Virus record (IMG/VR): IMGVR_UViG_3300050156_000030
Coordinates: 1-42,149 of that record
Source of the DNA: a virus
Lineage: Duplodnaviria > Caudoviricetes
Length of the DNA: 42,149 bases
Strand: one strand, 5' to 3'
A program made the translations under genes and the position numbers. Of this stretch, positions 26,216-35,021 are shown one piece after another. Each line of letters starts with the position of its first letter. The stretch's first letter is position 1. Below the pieces are notes generated by a model. The model did not search any database and had not been told where the DNA came from. It saw only the letters and a program-made list of their open reading frames with translations.

Positions 26216-28950
26216 CAGGAGCCATCCCGATTGTATTGGTCAAATCGGCCCGGCACGGCGCGCAGGACAGCCGATCCGGTCTGCATGTCCATCGCCGCCG
26301 CCTGTTGCAGGATTTGCCCGGAAAGCTGTTGCGCGAACCCGTCAGGCGTGACCGAATTACGCGCATCGACCGATACGTTGAACACCCGCGCGCCGCTGCG
26401 GCCCTGTCCTGCGTTCATGCGGCCAAGCGGGATCACATGGCCCGATCCGGTAGGCTGGAAGCCTTCTACCCGGCCCGGTGTGGCGCTTTCATTTACCCGC
26501 ACCATTTGCCCCGGCGCGACATAACCACCGGAGGCGCGACCGAACAACGATGTGCCGACGCTGGCGAGAAACCCGCCGATTCCGCCACCGCTCCCACCCG
26601 ATGTACTCGCCAAAGCCTCAGCCATCGGTTTCAGAATGACCTGCTCGATAAACGTGTTGAGGATGCCGGAAAGCAGCGGGTCTTTGACGCCGATAGCCTT
26701 TTCCATCGCGCCACGTATGCCGTCGCGGACACTGTTAAGTTCATCCACGACATAGCCTTCGATATCCTCGCTAATCGCACCGTCGCTTTTGTTGAGCTTG
26801 CGCTTGTAGGCTTCGAGCGGAGACTCGTTGGCGCGTGATGCACTATCGGACCGGGCAGATGCCTGCGCGTTAATCCCATCAATCTGAACCCGCGCGCGGT
26901 CCTTCTCGGCTTGGCCGGCAGTTTCGGACGCAAGCACGGCTTCGAGCAATGCCTTCTGGTGGCGGGTTTCCAATGCCACTAGTTCAAGTGCAATGCGCTT
27001 CCGCTCGCTCTGGCTGTCAGCAAGGTCGTACTGCACCTGCAATGCCGCTTGTTCGTTCGCATAGCGCTCTTGTGCGAGGTCGCGGGCGTCCTGTTCGTCC
27101 TGGGCCTTCTTCTCGGCAGCAATGCGCTCACGTTCGGCAGCGGCCAGTGTTTCAACCTGAGCCTTCAACCGATCTTTTTGCAGGCGCGAATAGTTCTTGT
27201 CGGACTCGATCCCATCCAGCGCCCGGATGCGCGATAGTTCGACGTTGCGAAGTTCCATCTCGGCCCGCTCGCCAGTCGATTTGGCGATAGACTGCTGAGC
27301 CGAATTAGACTGAGCCATGAGGCTCGCCAGTTCGTCGTTGAACCGCTGGGCAATTTCTGCGGAAGTCGGACCAGATGCGCCTTTGCCCTTTGCCTTGACT
27401 GACTTAGGCACGCTTGCAGCACCTGACATGCCAGCGGAAGGCGTGGCAATGGCAGCATTGTACGCCCCACCAACAGCATTCAATTCGGCATTGGCCGCAG
27501 CCAAGCGATCCTTGGCATCCTTTTCGGCTTTAGCGCGGTCCATTGCTCCGCCGCGACCAGCGCCATAGGCAACTTCCCTAACGCCTGTGCCTCGATTGCC
27601 ACCGACATAAACTCCACGCTGCGCCCGGTTCAAATCATCCTGCGCCTGAGCCTTGCGCAGAGCAATCTCTGCCGTTGCCTGAGTGTATGCTGCCTTGGCT
27701 GCATCGCGCCGGGCCGCAGCCAGCTTGTTCGTGTCGCCCGCCACCTTGGTCGAAGGATCGCGATCAAGGATGGCGTTCATGTCGGCCTGAAACTTCGACG
27801 CGGCATTGGTTGATGCAGCCAGTGTATCGGTCGCGCTTGCTGCCTCGTTATTTCGGGTTGCCAGATAGGCAATGCCCGCCACCAGTGCTGTCAGGCCCAC
27901 TGCAACAATGTTCAGCTTCAAGCCGTTCATCGCGAAGGCCAGCGCCTCCATGCTGGTCGCAGCCCCGGCAGCACGGGCTTGCAGGGCGAACATGGTATTC
28001 CCCAGCACGCCTGTTGCCGCGCTCGCAGAAACTGCGCCCGTCACCATGTTGACGCCCATGTAGGTCGCAATGGTGGCCAGCGCGGGGATGATCGTGTCGA
28101 GATGATCAGCCAGCAAGCCCAGCGTTTCTCCCAGCGCAGCCGACACGCCATTGGCCTTGTCCGCTTCGCCGAAATAGACTGTCATTGCATTGGTCAGCGA
28201 GGTGACACCGGCAGACAGCGTAAGGGCTGCATTTGCCGCCTTCTTGTCCAGAACATCAGACCCAGCAATGATCGCTCGAAAGAACTCCTGGCTCGAAACC
28301 TTACCGCTCTTGACCTGCTTGGTCAGTTCAGCAACCGATCCGCCAAACCGGCTAGACCCATTCGCCGCAGCTTCAAGCAGAGGGTAGAGGCCGTCGAGCA
28401 GCGAGTTGTATTCCTCGGCCTGAATGGTCCCACCGCGCAAGGCCTGACCAAGCTGTTGCAGTGCGCCTGACGCCTCGCCTGCCGATAGACCGGTGATCTT
28501 GAGTGATGCAGAAACGGCATCCGACACCTTGAAAACGTCGGACTGCGATGCGCCAAGCTGCGTACTAGCCTGCGTCAGAGTGCTGAAAAGCGACGACAAC
28601 CCCTCAAGCTCAACGCCGTACTTCTGCGCCGAAGCAAAAAGCCGATCCTGCACAGCCTTCATTTCGTCGCCAGCCACACCCGCCACACGCAGATTGTTCT
28701 GCAACCGCGTGAAGCTGTCCAGCAGGCCCACCAGTTCGCGCCCGGTGAACGCCGCAGCCAGACCAGCAGCCAGCCCCTTGATGTGCCCCTTGATCGCCTC
28801 ACTCGACTTGCGCATCTCCTGCTCAAGCCGTTGCGCACGCTTTTCCTGTGCGCCCAATTCCTGATCGACGGTGCGCGTACCGTTGCGCAATGCCGTCAGG
28901 TAACCGTTCAATTCGGCACGCAGTTGCAGGACGACGGGATCAACTTCCAT
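26215..28950 (-). CDS. Tape measure protein
   Basis: 911 aa helical Ala-rich protein; ALQQLGQALRGGTIQAEEYNSLLD tape-measure motif; GRASGGYV...VNE. Confidence 0.93.
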   Translation of the reverse strand: MEVDPVVLQLRAELNGYLTALRNGTRTVDQELGAQEKRAQRLEQEMRKSSEAIKGHIKGLAAGLAAAFTGRELVGLLDSFTRLQNNLRVAGVAGDEMKAVQDRLFASAQKYGVELEGLSSLFSTLTQASTQLGASQSDVFKVSDAVSASLKITGLSAGEASGALQQLGQALRGGTIQAEEYNSLLDGLYPLLEAAANGSSRFGGSVAELTKQVKSGKVSSQEFFRAIIAGSDVLDKKAANAALTLSAGVTSLTNAMTVYFGEADKANGVSAALGETLGLLADHLDTIIPALATIATYMGVNMVTGAVSASAATGVLGNTMFALQARAAGAATSMEALAFAMNGLKLNIVAVGLTALVAGIAYLATRNNEAASATDTLAASTNAASKFQADMNAILDRDPSTKVAGDTNKLAAARRDAAKAAYTQATAEIALRKAQAQDDLNRAQRGVYVGGNRGTGVREVAYGAGRGGAMDRAKAEKDAKDRLAAANAELNAVGGAYNAAIATPSAGMSGAASVPKSVKAKGKGASGPTSAEIAQRFNDELASLMAQSNSAQQSIAKSTGERAEMELRNVELSRIRALDGIESDKNYSRLQKDRLKAQVETLAAAERERIAAEKKAQDEQDARDLAQERYANEQAALQVQYDLADSQSERKRIALELVALETRHQKALLEAVLASETAGQAEKDRARVQIDGINAQASARSDSASRANESPLEAYKRKLNKSDGAISEDIEGYVVDELNSVRDGIRGAMEKAIGVKDPLLSGILNTFIEQVILKPMAEALASTSGGSGGGIGGFLASVGTSLFGRASGGYVAPGQMVRVNESATPGRVEGFQPTGSGHVIPLGRMNAGQGRSGARVFNVSVDARNSVTPDGFAQQLSGQILQQAAAMDMQTGSAVLRAVPGRFDQYNRDGS

Positions 28951-28989
28951 GGGGAACTCCGGACAGCCTCAGCACGCTAGTCTAGCGCC

Positions 28990-29237
28990 TCAGCCGCCGT
29001 TACCGCCGTCAGTCCCTAGTGCCTTACGAAAGCGGCGCAGGCGGTCCACGTTCTCAGGTGCGCGCGGTTCAGGCTTGTTTGAGGGGTCGTTCGTGGCGTT
29101 GTGCGCCTCGATTGCCTCCATGTAGGCCGACAGGGACAGAAACCGCCAATCGAGCCCCAGCGCGCCGCAGTTGGCTATGATCTGCCCTTTATTGAAGCAG
29201 GGCGCATCGCCTACGCTGGCGCTGCCTCTTTTTTTTT
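28990..29237 (-). CDS. Tail assembly chaperone -1 frameshift extension (G-T type)
   Basis: -1 frame open from the A9 run to TGA 28990: RGSASVGDAPCFNKGQIIANCGALGLDWRFLSLSAYMEAIEAHN...GNGG. Confidence 0.75.
28999..29012 (-). promoter_or_regulatory. Late-promoter box copy 2 (upstream of tape measure gene)
   Basis: CTGACGGCGGTAAC-N19-TAGCGT. Confidence 0.8.
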
Positions 29238-29624
29238 GAGCCTAATTCCGAAGATCGCAGCCGACAGAATGCGCCATGCCAGCACCGCCGATTCCTCGAA
29301 CGGACGGGCAGGGTAGGCGTAGAGGTTCACAAGCTGCTTGGCACGCAAGGGGCCGACCTCGACCTCCTGCCCATCGACCATGCCGGAATTGCCGCCGATC
29401 AGGCCAAGTCGGATGGTTTCAAGCACGTCCTTGACCATGGCAGACCCGCCACCAAGGAAGTGCGCATTGCCGTCTGCGTCCTGCCCAATCGCCGCACGAA
29501 GCCGATCCTCCATGACAAGGATGGAGGTATCGCCCCCGCTGCGCTCAAGCTCGAACACCTGAGGCAGCGGAAGGTAAAAGCGATATTCGCCGTCACCGAA
29601 CTCGGCAATGAGCGCGGTTTCCAT
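29211..29624 (-). CDS. Tail assembly chaperone (GTA-gp10-like)
   Basis: FGDGEYRFYL...DVLETIRLGLIGG; ends with slippery CTC AAA AAA AAA GAG. Confidence 0.8.
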   Translation of the reverse strand: METALIAEFGDGEYRFYLPLPQVFELERSGGDTSILVMEDRLRAAIGQDADGNAHFLGGGSAMVKDVLETIRLGLIGGNSGMVDGQEVEVGPLRAKQLVNLYAYPARPFEESAVLAWRILSAAIFGIRLKKKEAAPA

Positions 29625-29627
29625 CGA

Positions 29628-30140
29628 TCAGGCCGCAGCAGTACGACCGACGATGATAATCGAGTACGTGACGCTCGTGCCAGCACCGCTATTGGCGATG
29701 TTGAGCAGGTCACCAGTGGCGGCGGTAACAGCCCAGCCCGATTGCGACACGAACGACATCCATTCGCCGGGCTTGATGGCAACACCGTCGCCTGCCGCCA
29801 GAAACGGGCCAATGAAGCCGTTGCTTGCCGGGCGCGTGACCTGCACGTTGTTGACGTTCGCCGCGTCGGCAGTGACCAGCAGGGCAACGACCTCAGCCGC
29901 CACGATGCTTGCCCCGAATGCGTCAGTCAGCGCGCCGGAAAAGTCGATGTTCTCGTTCGAACTGGCGGCAAGCGTGCGCGTGTCGCTGAACAGGATATTT
30001 GCCTTGTTCGTCGCGTCCGTGCCTTCGTAAAGAGACAATAGCTTTTCGACATTGACGGCCATTTTCGGCGCGCCAAGATCGTTGGTGCCGACCTGAGTAA
30101 GATTGAAACGGGTTGCGATTTCGCCGCGAACACCAGCCAT
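29628..30140 (-). CDS. Beta-rich putative virion protein between tail tube and chaperone
   Basis: AAGGA RBS; Ala/Gly/Thr-rich structural composition. Confidence 0.7.
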   Translation of the reverse strand: MAGVRGEIATRFNLTQVGTNDLGAPKMAVNVEKLLSLYEGTDATNKANILFSDTRTLAASSNENIDFSGALTDAFGASIVAAEVVALLVTADAANVNNVQVTRPASNGFIGPFLAAGDGVAIKPGEWMSFVSQSGWAVTAATGDLLNIANSGAGTSVTYSIIIVGRTAAA

Positions 30141-30152
30141 GTTGTGCTTTCC

Positions 30153-30599
30153 TTATGCCGCCGTGAAGGTCCAGTCGCCATGACTGGCCAGTGCAAATTC
30201 CGCGCTCGATTCACCGTCACGCGGCACACCGACGTTCAGCGATGCGATCAGCATATTTGCCGCGATCGTGCCCAGCAGGTCGCCGGTATCGGTGCCGTCG
30301 TCGGCGTAAAGCTCGACCTTGACGTTCTTGCGGGTGCCGATCACGTCCGAATAGGTGTCGAACGTCGTCAGGTCGGTCAGTCCGGTGGCGGTGATGTCCA
30401 GTTGCTTGCCGGTCACGCGGACCTTGCGCGATGGAACCTGTCCGGGCTTGGCGCAATCACGAATGAAGCGGTCGCTGCTGTTCGCTACCTGGTTGATCGT
30501 CACATCGGTGACGCCGCAGACGATGGTGAACACCTCGGAAGGCGTGGTGCCATCGCCGATCTTGAACACGGCAAAGTCAAAATTGGTCGGGACACTCAT
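30153..30599 (-). CDS. Major tail (tube) protein
   Basis: KIGDGTTPSEVFTIVCG...DCAKP...LASHGDWTFT. Confidence 0.85.
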   Translation of the reverse strand: MSVPTNFDFAVFKIGDGTTPSEVFTIVCGVTDVTINQVANSSDRFIRDCAKPGQVPSRKVRVTGKQLDITATGLTDLTTFDTYSDVIGTRKNVKVELYADDGTDTGDLLGTIAANMLIASLNVGVPRDGESSAEFALASHGDWTFTAA

Positions 30600-30641
30600 T
30601 TGGTCGCGCTCCTCGCAAACATGGCGAGGGTCTAGATCGCC

Positions 30642-30893
30642 TTATTCGCCGGTGTTACCGCCGTCAGAGCTATCGACCACGTGAAGTGAGTCGCGTACTT
30701 GGTCTGGCGCGTCGATCTGGTTGGACAGGTGAAGACCCTGCAACCGGTCAGCAAGGTCGGGAAGGTCAGACAGCCGAAGCCGGCGCATCATGCTCGCCAC
30801 GTTTTGCGCATCAAGCAGACCGTCGCGCATCAGTTCGGCAATCAACACCATGGTAAGGTCGATGGCCGCGCTTTCAGGATAGTCGGAGGTCAT
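30642..30893 (-). CDS. Hypothetical protein (second moron gene)
   Basis: MTSDYPESAAIDL...; ATGA coupling with the 30890-31192 gene. Confidence 0.6.
   Translation of the reverse strand: MTSDYPESAAIDLTMVLIAELMRDGLLDAQNVASMMRRLRLSDLPDLADRLQGLHLSNQIDAPDQVRDSLHVVDSSDGGNTGE
30654..30667 (-). promoter_or_regulatory. Late-promoter box copy 3 (upstream of tail tube gene)
   Basis: CTGACGGCGGTAAC-N19-TAGACC. Confidence 0.8.
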
Positions 30894-31192
30894 GCGTCCT
30901 TGTCGGCAATCGCGTTCTTGATCTGGCCGGTACAGGCCATCACAACGCCAGCCATTGCCATAGTGCAACCCAAGACCAGCCGCATGAACTGCTCTTGCAA
31001 CAGGCCAATGTTGTAGACGCCATTGCCTGACATCACATCAAGACCCATGGCATCGGTGATCGGGGTTGCAACAGTGGGATCATAGACCGCGAGCGCATGC
31101 ACGATGATGCCAAAGCCTATCGCGGCGATGAGATTGCCAACCACAGTAAGACCGGAAGGGCGGCGCGGAGCTTCGGTTGTTTCGTCTGTCAT
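30890..31192 (-). CDS. Two-TM membrane protein (moron)
   Basis: VVGNLIAAIGFGIIVHALAVY and LVLGCTMAMAGVVMAC; VYNIGLLQ loop motif. Confidence 0.7.
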   Translation of the reverse strand: MTDETTEAPRRPSGLTVVGNLIAAIGFGIIVHALAVYDPTVATPITDAMGLDVMSGNGVYNIGLLQEQFMRLVLGCTMAMAGVVMACTGQIKNAIADKDA

Positions 31193-31198
31193 GCCATC

Positions 31199-31227
31199 AG
31201 GCTAACACACAAGCCTCAACCCGCCAA
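31199..31227 (-). promoter_or_regulatory. Sigma70-like moron promoter (leaderless start)
   Basis: TTGGCG-N17-TAGCCT with an extended -10 TGn, 6 nt before ATG 31192; no SD. Confidence 0.6.
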
Positions 31228-31647
31228 CGCCCGCCAGTTGATTTGCGCGAACCAATGGAAGTGGTCGGGATCGCCATCCTGCAGCAACCGAATGTCTGAT
31301 AGCCGCACCCGCACCTTTGCCGACCCGGACAGGGGCAGCCATGCATCGGCCAGCGCGGTTTCGATCGCTGCGCCGATGCTCCCGGCATGATCCTCGGCAG
31401 TCTCGACCACTGCGCCTGCGACCTCACGCGGCCCGGCGAATGCATGAATGTCCCACGATCCTTGACCGCCATTGACGCACGATGCCTTGAGCCGCTGCGT
31501 CACCGGGCTGCGCAGGACGACAAAGGGCCATGTCGGTACGCCGGGGGGATTGATGCTTGCCGCCGGGACAAGCGCTGTCAGGCCGGCGTCAGCCTTCAAG
31601 CGCACCATGATTGCGCGACGGACCAGCTTTTGCAGGCCAACGGTCAT
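31216..31647 (-). CDS. Tail completion / terminator protein (DUF3168-like)
   Basis: AIMVRLKADAGLTALV, PTWPFV, DIHAF, LLQDGD..HFH. Confidence 0.8.
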   Translation of the reverse strand: MTVGLQKLVRRAIMVRLKADAGLTALVPAASINPPGVPTWPFVVLRSPVTQRLKASCVNGGQGSWDIHAFAGPREVAGAVVETAEDHAGSIGAAIETALADAWLPLSGSAKVRVRLSDIRLLQDGDPDHFHWFAQINWRALAG

Positions 31648-32054
31648 GCGCCAGAGCCTTTGATAATCTTGCCCAGCTCCTTAGCAAACAGGGCGCGGAT
31701 TTTCGGGGCCATCTTGTCACGCGCCGGGCGCATATAGGGGCGGGCTGCCATCTTGGACGTGCCCATTTCCAGTTCCGCCGCATAGGGTGCTTCGGAGCGA
31801 ACCTCGGCAGTAACTGGTCCGACCAGTTCATTGACAATATGGCTTTGCAAAACGCCCGTGTCGCGGTTCGGTGCTTGACCGGGGGCAGATGGCACATGAT
31901 TGCGGCCCGATACCGACCCTGCCGAAATGGATCGAAAGGCTTCCGCACGGATCATGTCAGATCCGACGTAGACCACACGCCCGGCCATGCGCTCCACCTC
32001 GCTAGTAAGCCGCCTGAGCCGCGCAATATGGCCATCACGCCCGGTCATGCTCAT
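31644..32054 (-). CDS. HK97 gp10-like neck/tail component
   Basis: PSAPGQAPNRDTGVL, APYAAELEMGTSKMAARPYMRPA. Confidence 0.88.
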   Translation of the reverse strand: MSMTGRDGHIARLRRLTSEVERMAGRVVYVGSDMIRAEAFRSISAGSVSGRNHVPSAPGQAPNRDTGVLQSHIVNELVGPVTAEVRSEAPYAAELEMGTSKMAARPYMRPARDKMAPKIRALFAKELGKIIKGSGA

Positions 32055-32055
32055 A

Positions 32056-32433
32056 TTAGGCTACCCTCCGCGCGCGGCATTCGTAGCCGATGCCCACAGG
32101 ATCGCCCTGGCACGTTTCCAGAGACCATGTGCCTGCGTACTCACCCGATGCGACCACGACCTTTGCGGCGCTGTCCAGCGGGGCTGCCAGCGTTGCAGCC
32201 AACACGATCAGGCGCATATCGCGTTCCAGAAAACCCGGATCGGAACGCATGGCTTCGGTCGGTACATCGAACTGTGCCTTGCAGGTCAGCGAGACAGGCG
32301 CGCCCGGCGTGATGATCGAACCGCCATCGTCATAGATCGGCGCGCCCGGCCACCTCACCGTGACCTCCTGAAACGGCCCGCCGAACTGAGCCGCAATGCC
32401 CGTGGCGATGGATGCAAACGCCTGCGCGAACAT
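32056..32433 (-). CDS. Head closure / head-tail joining protein
   Basis: Position and size; DP...YECRAR terminus. Confidence 0.7.
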   Translation of the reverse strand: MFAQAFASIATGIAAQFGGPFQEVTVRWPGAPIYDDGGSIITPGAPVSLTCKAQFDVPTEAMRSDPGFLERDMRLIVLAATLAAPLDSAAKVVVASGEYAGTWSLETCQGDPVGIGYECRARRVA

Positions 32434-32807
32434 TAGCTGTCAACCGCAGGCGGGGTCCATGCCATGCGCGGCCCGGCAAAGCTGCGCCGACGCAGCAACT
32501 TGAACTCGCGGCCATAGACGGTGGCATCAAAGCCCGTAGCCCCGGCGATGCTATCCGACACCGTTGCGCTGAACGTGCCGGATTTGAACGACGTGACGCC
32601 CGCCGGAACCGCCGTAGCGCCGATGCCCAGTTCCGTCATGCGGTGTGCGGCATAGGCCATCTCTGCCCGGGCCCGGTCTGCCTCGATGAACGTGGCGCAT
32701 TCGGCTGCGGCCTCGGTCAGCCATGGTGTGATGGTGCCATCAATCACGGCAGCAAAGGCCGGATACTTGGCCTTGAGATTTGCGGCAGTGGGCGCGGTGT
32801 AAGCCAT
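32433..32807 (-). CDS. Head-tail connector (DUF4054-like)
   Basis: LKAKYPAF, AYAAHRM, VTSFKSGTFS, ATVYGREF; start at ATG 32807. Confidence 0.82.
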   Translation of the reverse strand: MAYTAPTAANLKAKYPAFAAVIDGTITPWLTEAAAECATFIEADRARAEMAYAAHRMTELGIGATAVPAGVTSFKSGTFSATVSDSIAGATGFDATVYGREFKLLRRRSFAGPRMAWTPPAVDS

Positions 32808-32838
32808 GGGTCCGTATTGGCAGGGCAGGGCGGGACTT

Positions 32839-32852
32839 GTTACCGCCGTCAA
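32839..32852 (-). promoter_or_regulatory. Late-promoter box copy 4 (upstream of head-tail connector)
   Basis: TTGACGGCGGTAAC-N19-CAATAC, immediately after the capsid terminator. Confidence 0.8.
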
Positions 32853-32855
32853 CGC

Positions 32856-32885
32856 AAAGAGGCCGCCCCCTTCGAGACGGCCCCC
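32856..32885 (-). terminator. Hairpin terminator after the capsid operon
   Basis: GGGGGCCGTCTC-GAAG-GGGGCGGCCTCT-TT on the minus strand. Confidence 0.55.
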
Positions 32886-32906
32886 ATACTCCCCGGACGG
32901 AAAGGG

Positions 32907-33173
32907 TTATTTGGCTTCGAGCGCCAGTTCGATCGTGCTGATGATGTCAGCCTTGGTAGTGACATCGCCCAGCGTGATACCCTTAGCCTTGGCGAATGCC
33001 CGCAGTTGGACCACGGTCATATCGGCCAATTCCGGCGCATCGCCGCCGACTTCCTCGAACCATTCCAGCGCGAAGTCGTCGGCTTCGATGCTCTGGCCCA
33101 CTTCGGCCCAATGCAGCACGCCATCAAGATACGCGCCCCGCGGGCCGGTGCTGATATTGCGGACCAGCGCCAT
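32907..33173 (-). CDS. Small protein with Rho-N/HeH-like C-terminal domain
   Basis: LADMTVVQLRAFAKAKGI......KADIISTI; directly after the capsid gene. Confidence 0.75.
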   Translation of the reverse strand: MALVRNISTGPRGAYLDGVLHWAEVGQSIEADDFALEWFEEVGGDAPELADMTVVQLRAFAKAKGITLGDVTTKADIISTIELALEAK

Positions 33174-33175
33174 GG

Positions 33176-34270
33176 TCAGAATGAGTCGCTATAGCGGATC
33201 GCCTTGGGAAGGCGAACTTCACAGCCGCCGACGTTCATGAGGCCCGCTACCTCATAGACGAGGCTCGACTTCTGGAACGGCGGCAGGAACTGGTGCGGCC
33301 CGGGCAGGTGGAACTTCACGACCTGCGGGTTGTTGTCATACGCGATCAGGCGCGTGCTCGAACCGGTGCCTGCGGTTTCCAGTGCGCGGCTCTTCTTGAT
33401 CGAGAGGTTTTCGCCGGCCGTGTTGTTGGCCTGCAAGTAACTCAGGATCGTGGTGCTGGTGTTGTCCAGACGCTTGGTCGCCACATAGTTGTACGCGGTG
33501 GTCGGCAGGACCAGCGTATTCGCCACATGGGTTTCGCCCGTATTGGTTTCGACAGCGGTGATCGCTTCGTTGATGTCACGCAGGATCAGGTCAGCGGTCT
33601 TGGCCGACCACAGACGCGACGAACCGGTGCCGTCCGCAGAGACCTGCGCCGAAGGGGCAGAGCCATCATTAACGAAGCCGGTCCAGCCCTTTTCAGATGC
33701 GCCAGCCGGGTTCTTGCCGGTCATGCCGATGCCATAAACAAAGCGGTCCGCAGCCATCACGGCAGCCTGCGCCTTGTCCGACGACAGCGAGCGGCCCATC
33801 TTCGCGGCGCGCTGCAGTTCCTGCGTGTTCCACTCGTAGCCGATGCCGGCGAGGTGGTAGTTACGCACGCCCTGATCCATCTTGGACGAAGCGTAGGGCA
33901 TGTCGAATGCGCCAGCGGCAAGGAACTCGGCATTGCCGACCTGATCCATCGAATAGACGATGGTACCCACGTCCCACATATCGCCCGACGAATCGACCGT
34001 CATGAAACGGGTGATGTCGAACGACGGATACCGGGTCATGTAGACCTCGGTTTCGATGCGGTGCAGTTGCGGCGAAAGGAAGGCATAGCCCACCTGAGCA
34101 TCGCTGAAAAACGCATCGATCTTGTCGGCGAAGGTCGCGGCATGACGCGCGTTGTCGGCGGCCCAGATGCTGATGACCTGGCGCTTCAGATCAGCGTCGG
34201 CCAGCATGAACATTTCGGGGTCAGAGATGCGCCCCGAAGCGCGGTCATAGAAGTTGGTGATCGCGTTCAT
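33176..34270 (-). CDS. Major capsid protein (DUF2184 family)
   Basis: AGIGYEWNTQELQRA, TLVLP, RLIAYDNNP, GGCEVRLPKAIRYSD; TAAGGAG RBS before ATG 34270. Confidence 0.9.
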   Translation of the reverse strand: MNAITNFYDRASGRISDPEMFMLADADLKRQVISIWAADNARHAATFADKIDAFFSDAQVGYAFLSPQLHRIETEVYMTRYPSFDITRFMTVDSSGDMWDVGTIVYSMDQVGNAEFLAAGAFDMPYASSKMDQGVRNYHLAGIGYEWNTQELQRAAKMGRSLSSDKAQAAVMAADRFVYGIGMTGKNPAGASEKGWTGFVNDGSAPSAQVSADGTGSSRLWSAKTADLILRDINEAITAVETNTGETHVANTLVLPTTAYNYVATKRLDNTSTTILSYLQANNTAGENLSIKKSRALETAGTGSSTRLIAYDNNPQVVKFHLPGPHQFLPPFQKSSLVYEVAGLMNVGGCEVRLPKAIRYSDSF

Positions 34271-34282
34271 TTGTCGCACTCC

Positions 34283-35008
34283 TTAGCGCTTGACGATCTT
34301 GACAAGGCCGGTCGAAGCGCCGGTCGTGTCGAATACCCAGCCAGCCAGCGGAACGCCGGAGCCGGTGACGAAGTTGCCCGACGAATCGACCGAAACCGGA
34401 TCGCCATCGTTCACGGTGCCGCCTGCCGTCACCCAGATCGGGGTGCCGCCGGTCAGGATGTTGACCGCATCGTACTGCTGGTATTCGTCAGCATCCTGCC
34501 CGGCGATGTAGCCAAGCGCCGACGTGGCGATGGCAATGCCGAGGAAGGCGTTGCCGGTCACGGTGATGGTCCACTGATCGCCAGCGGTCGGGGTGCCGGT
34601 GCCGGCCAGCGTGACAGACGTGATGCCCGGGATGGTGGTGATCGCAGTGCCGACCACGCCGCGCGCAACAGTATACCCATCAGGGTCTTCAACGGTGATA
34701 GCGCCGGTTGCGCCGGTAACGATCTGCGTGATCTTGTACACACCGATCTTGGCGCCGGCCCCAACAGTCGGGCTGGCGGTGATCGTGGTTGTGCCAGTGT
34801 TGCCCGCGACAACAGCGCCCGCGCCGGTCAGGGTCTGAGCCAGCAGGCAGCCATGGTCGCCAGAACCGCGATAAACGGCCTTGCCAAAGCCGATACCGGC
34901 AGCGGTTTCGCAGGTACGCGAGATGCGGTTGCCCTGCTCGCCATTGGCAATGAGGCCCGGATAGCCGAGTGCGATGGTATCGGTGTAAGTGCTCTGAAGT
35001 ACGGTCAT
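34283..35008 (-). CDS. Capsid cement / decoration protein
   Basis: QSTY..TIALGYPGLIA, GIGFGKAV, FLGIAI, G.IWV; contains a Thr/Gly-rich inserted domain. Confidence 0.8.
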   Translation of the reverse strand: MTVLQSTYTDTIALGYPGLIANGEQGNRISRTCETAAGIGFGKAVYRGSGDHGCLLAQTLTGAGAVVAGNTGTTTITASPTVGAGAKIGVYKITQIVTGATGAITVEDPDGYTVARGVVGTAITTIPGITSVTLAGTGTPTAGDQWTITVTGNAFLGIAIATSALGYIAGQDADEYQQYDAVNILTGGTPIWVTAGGTVNDGDPVSVDSSGNFVTGSGVPLAGWVFDTTGASTGLVKIVKR

Positions 35009-35021
35009 CGGTCAGCCCTCC

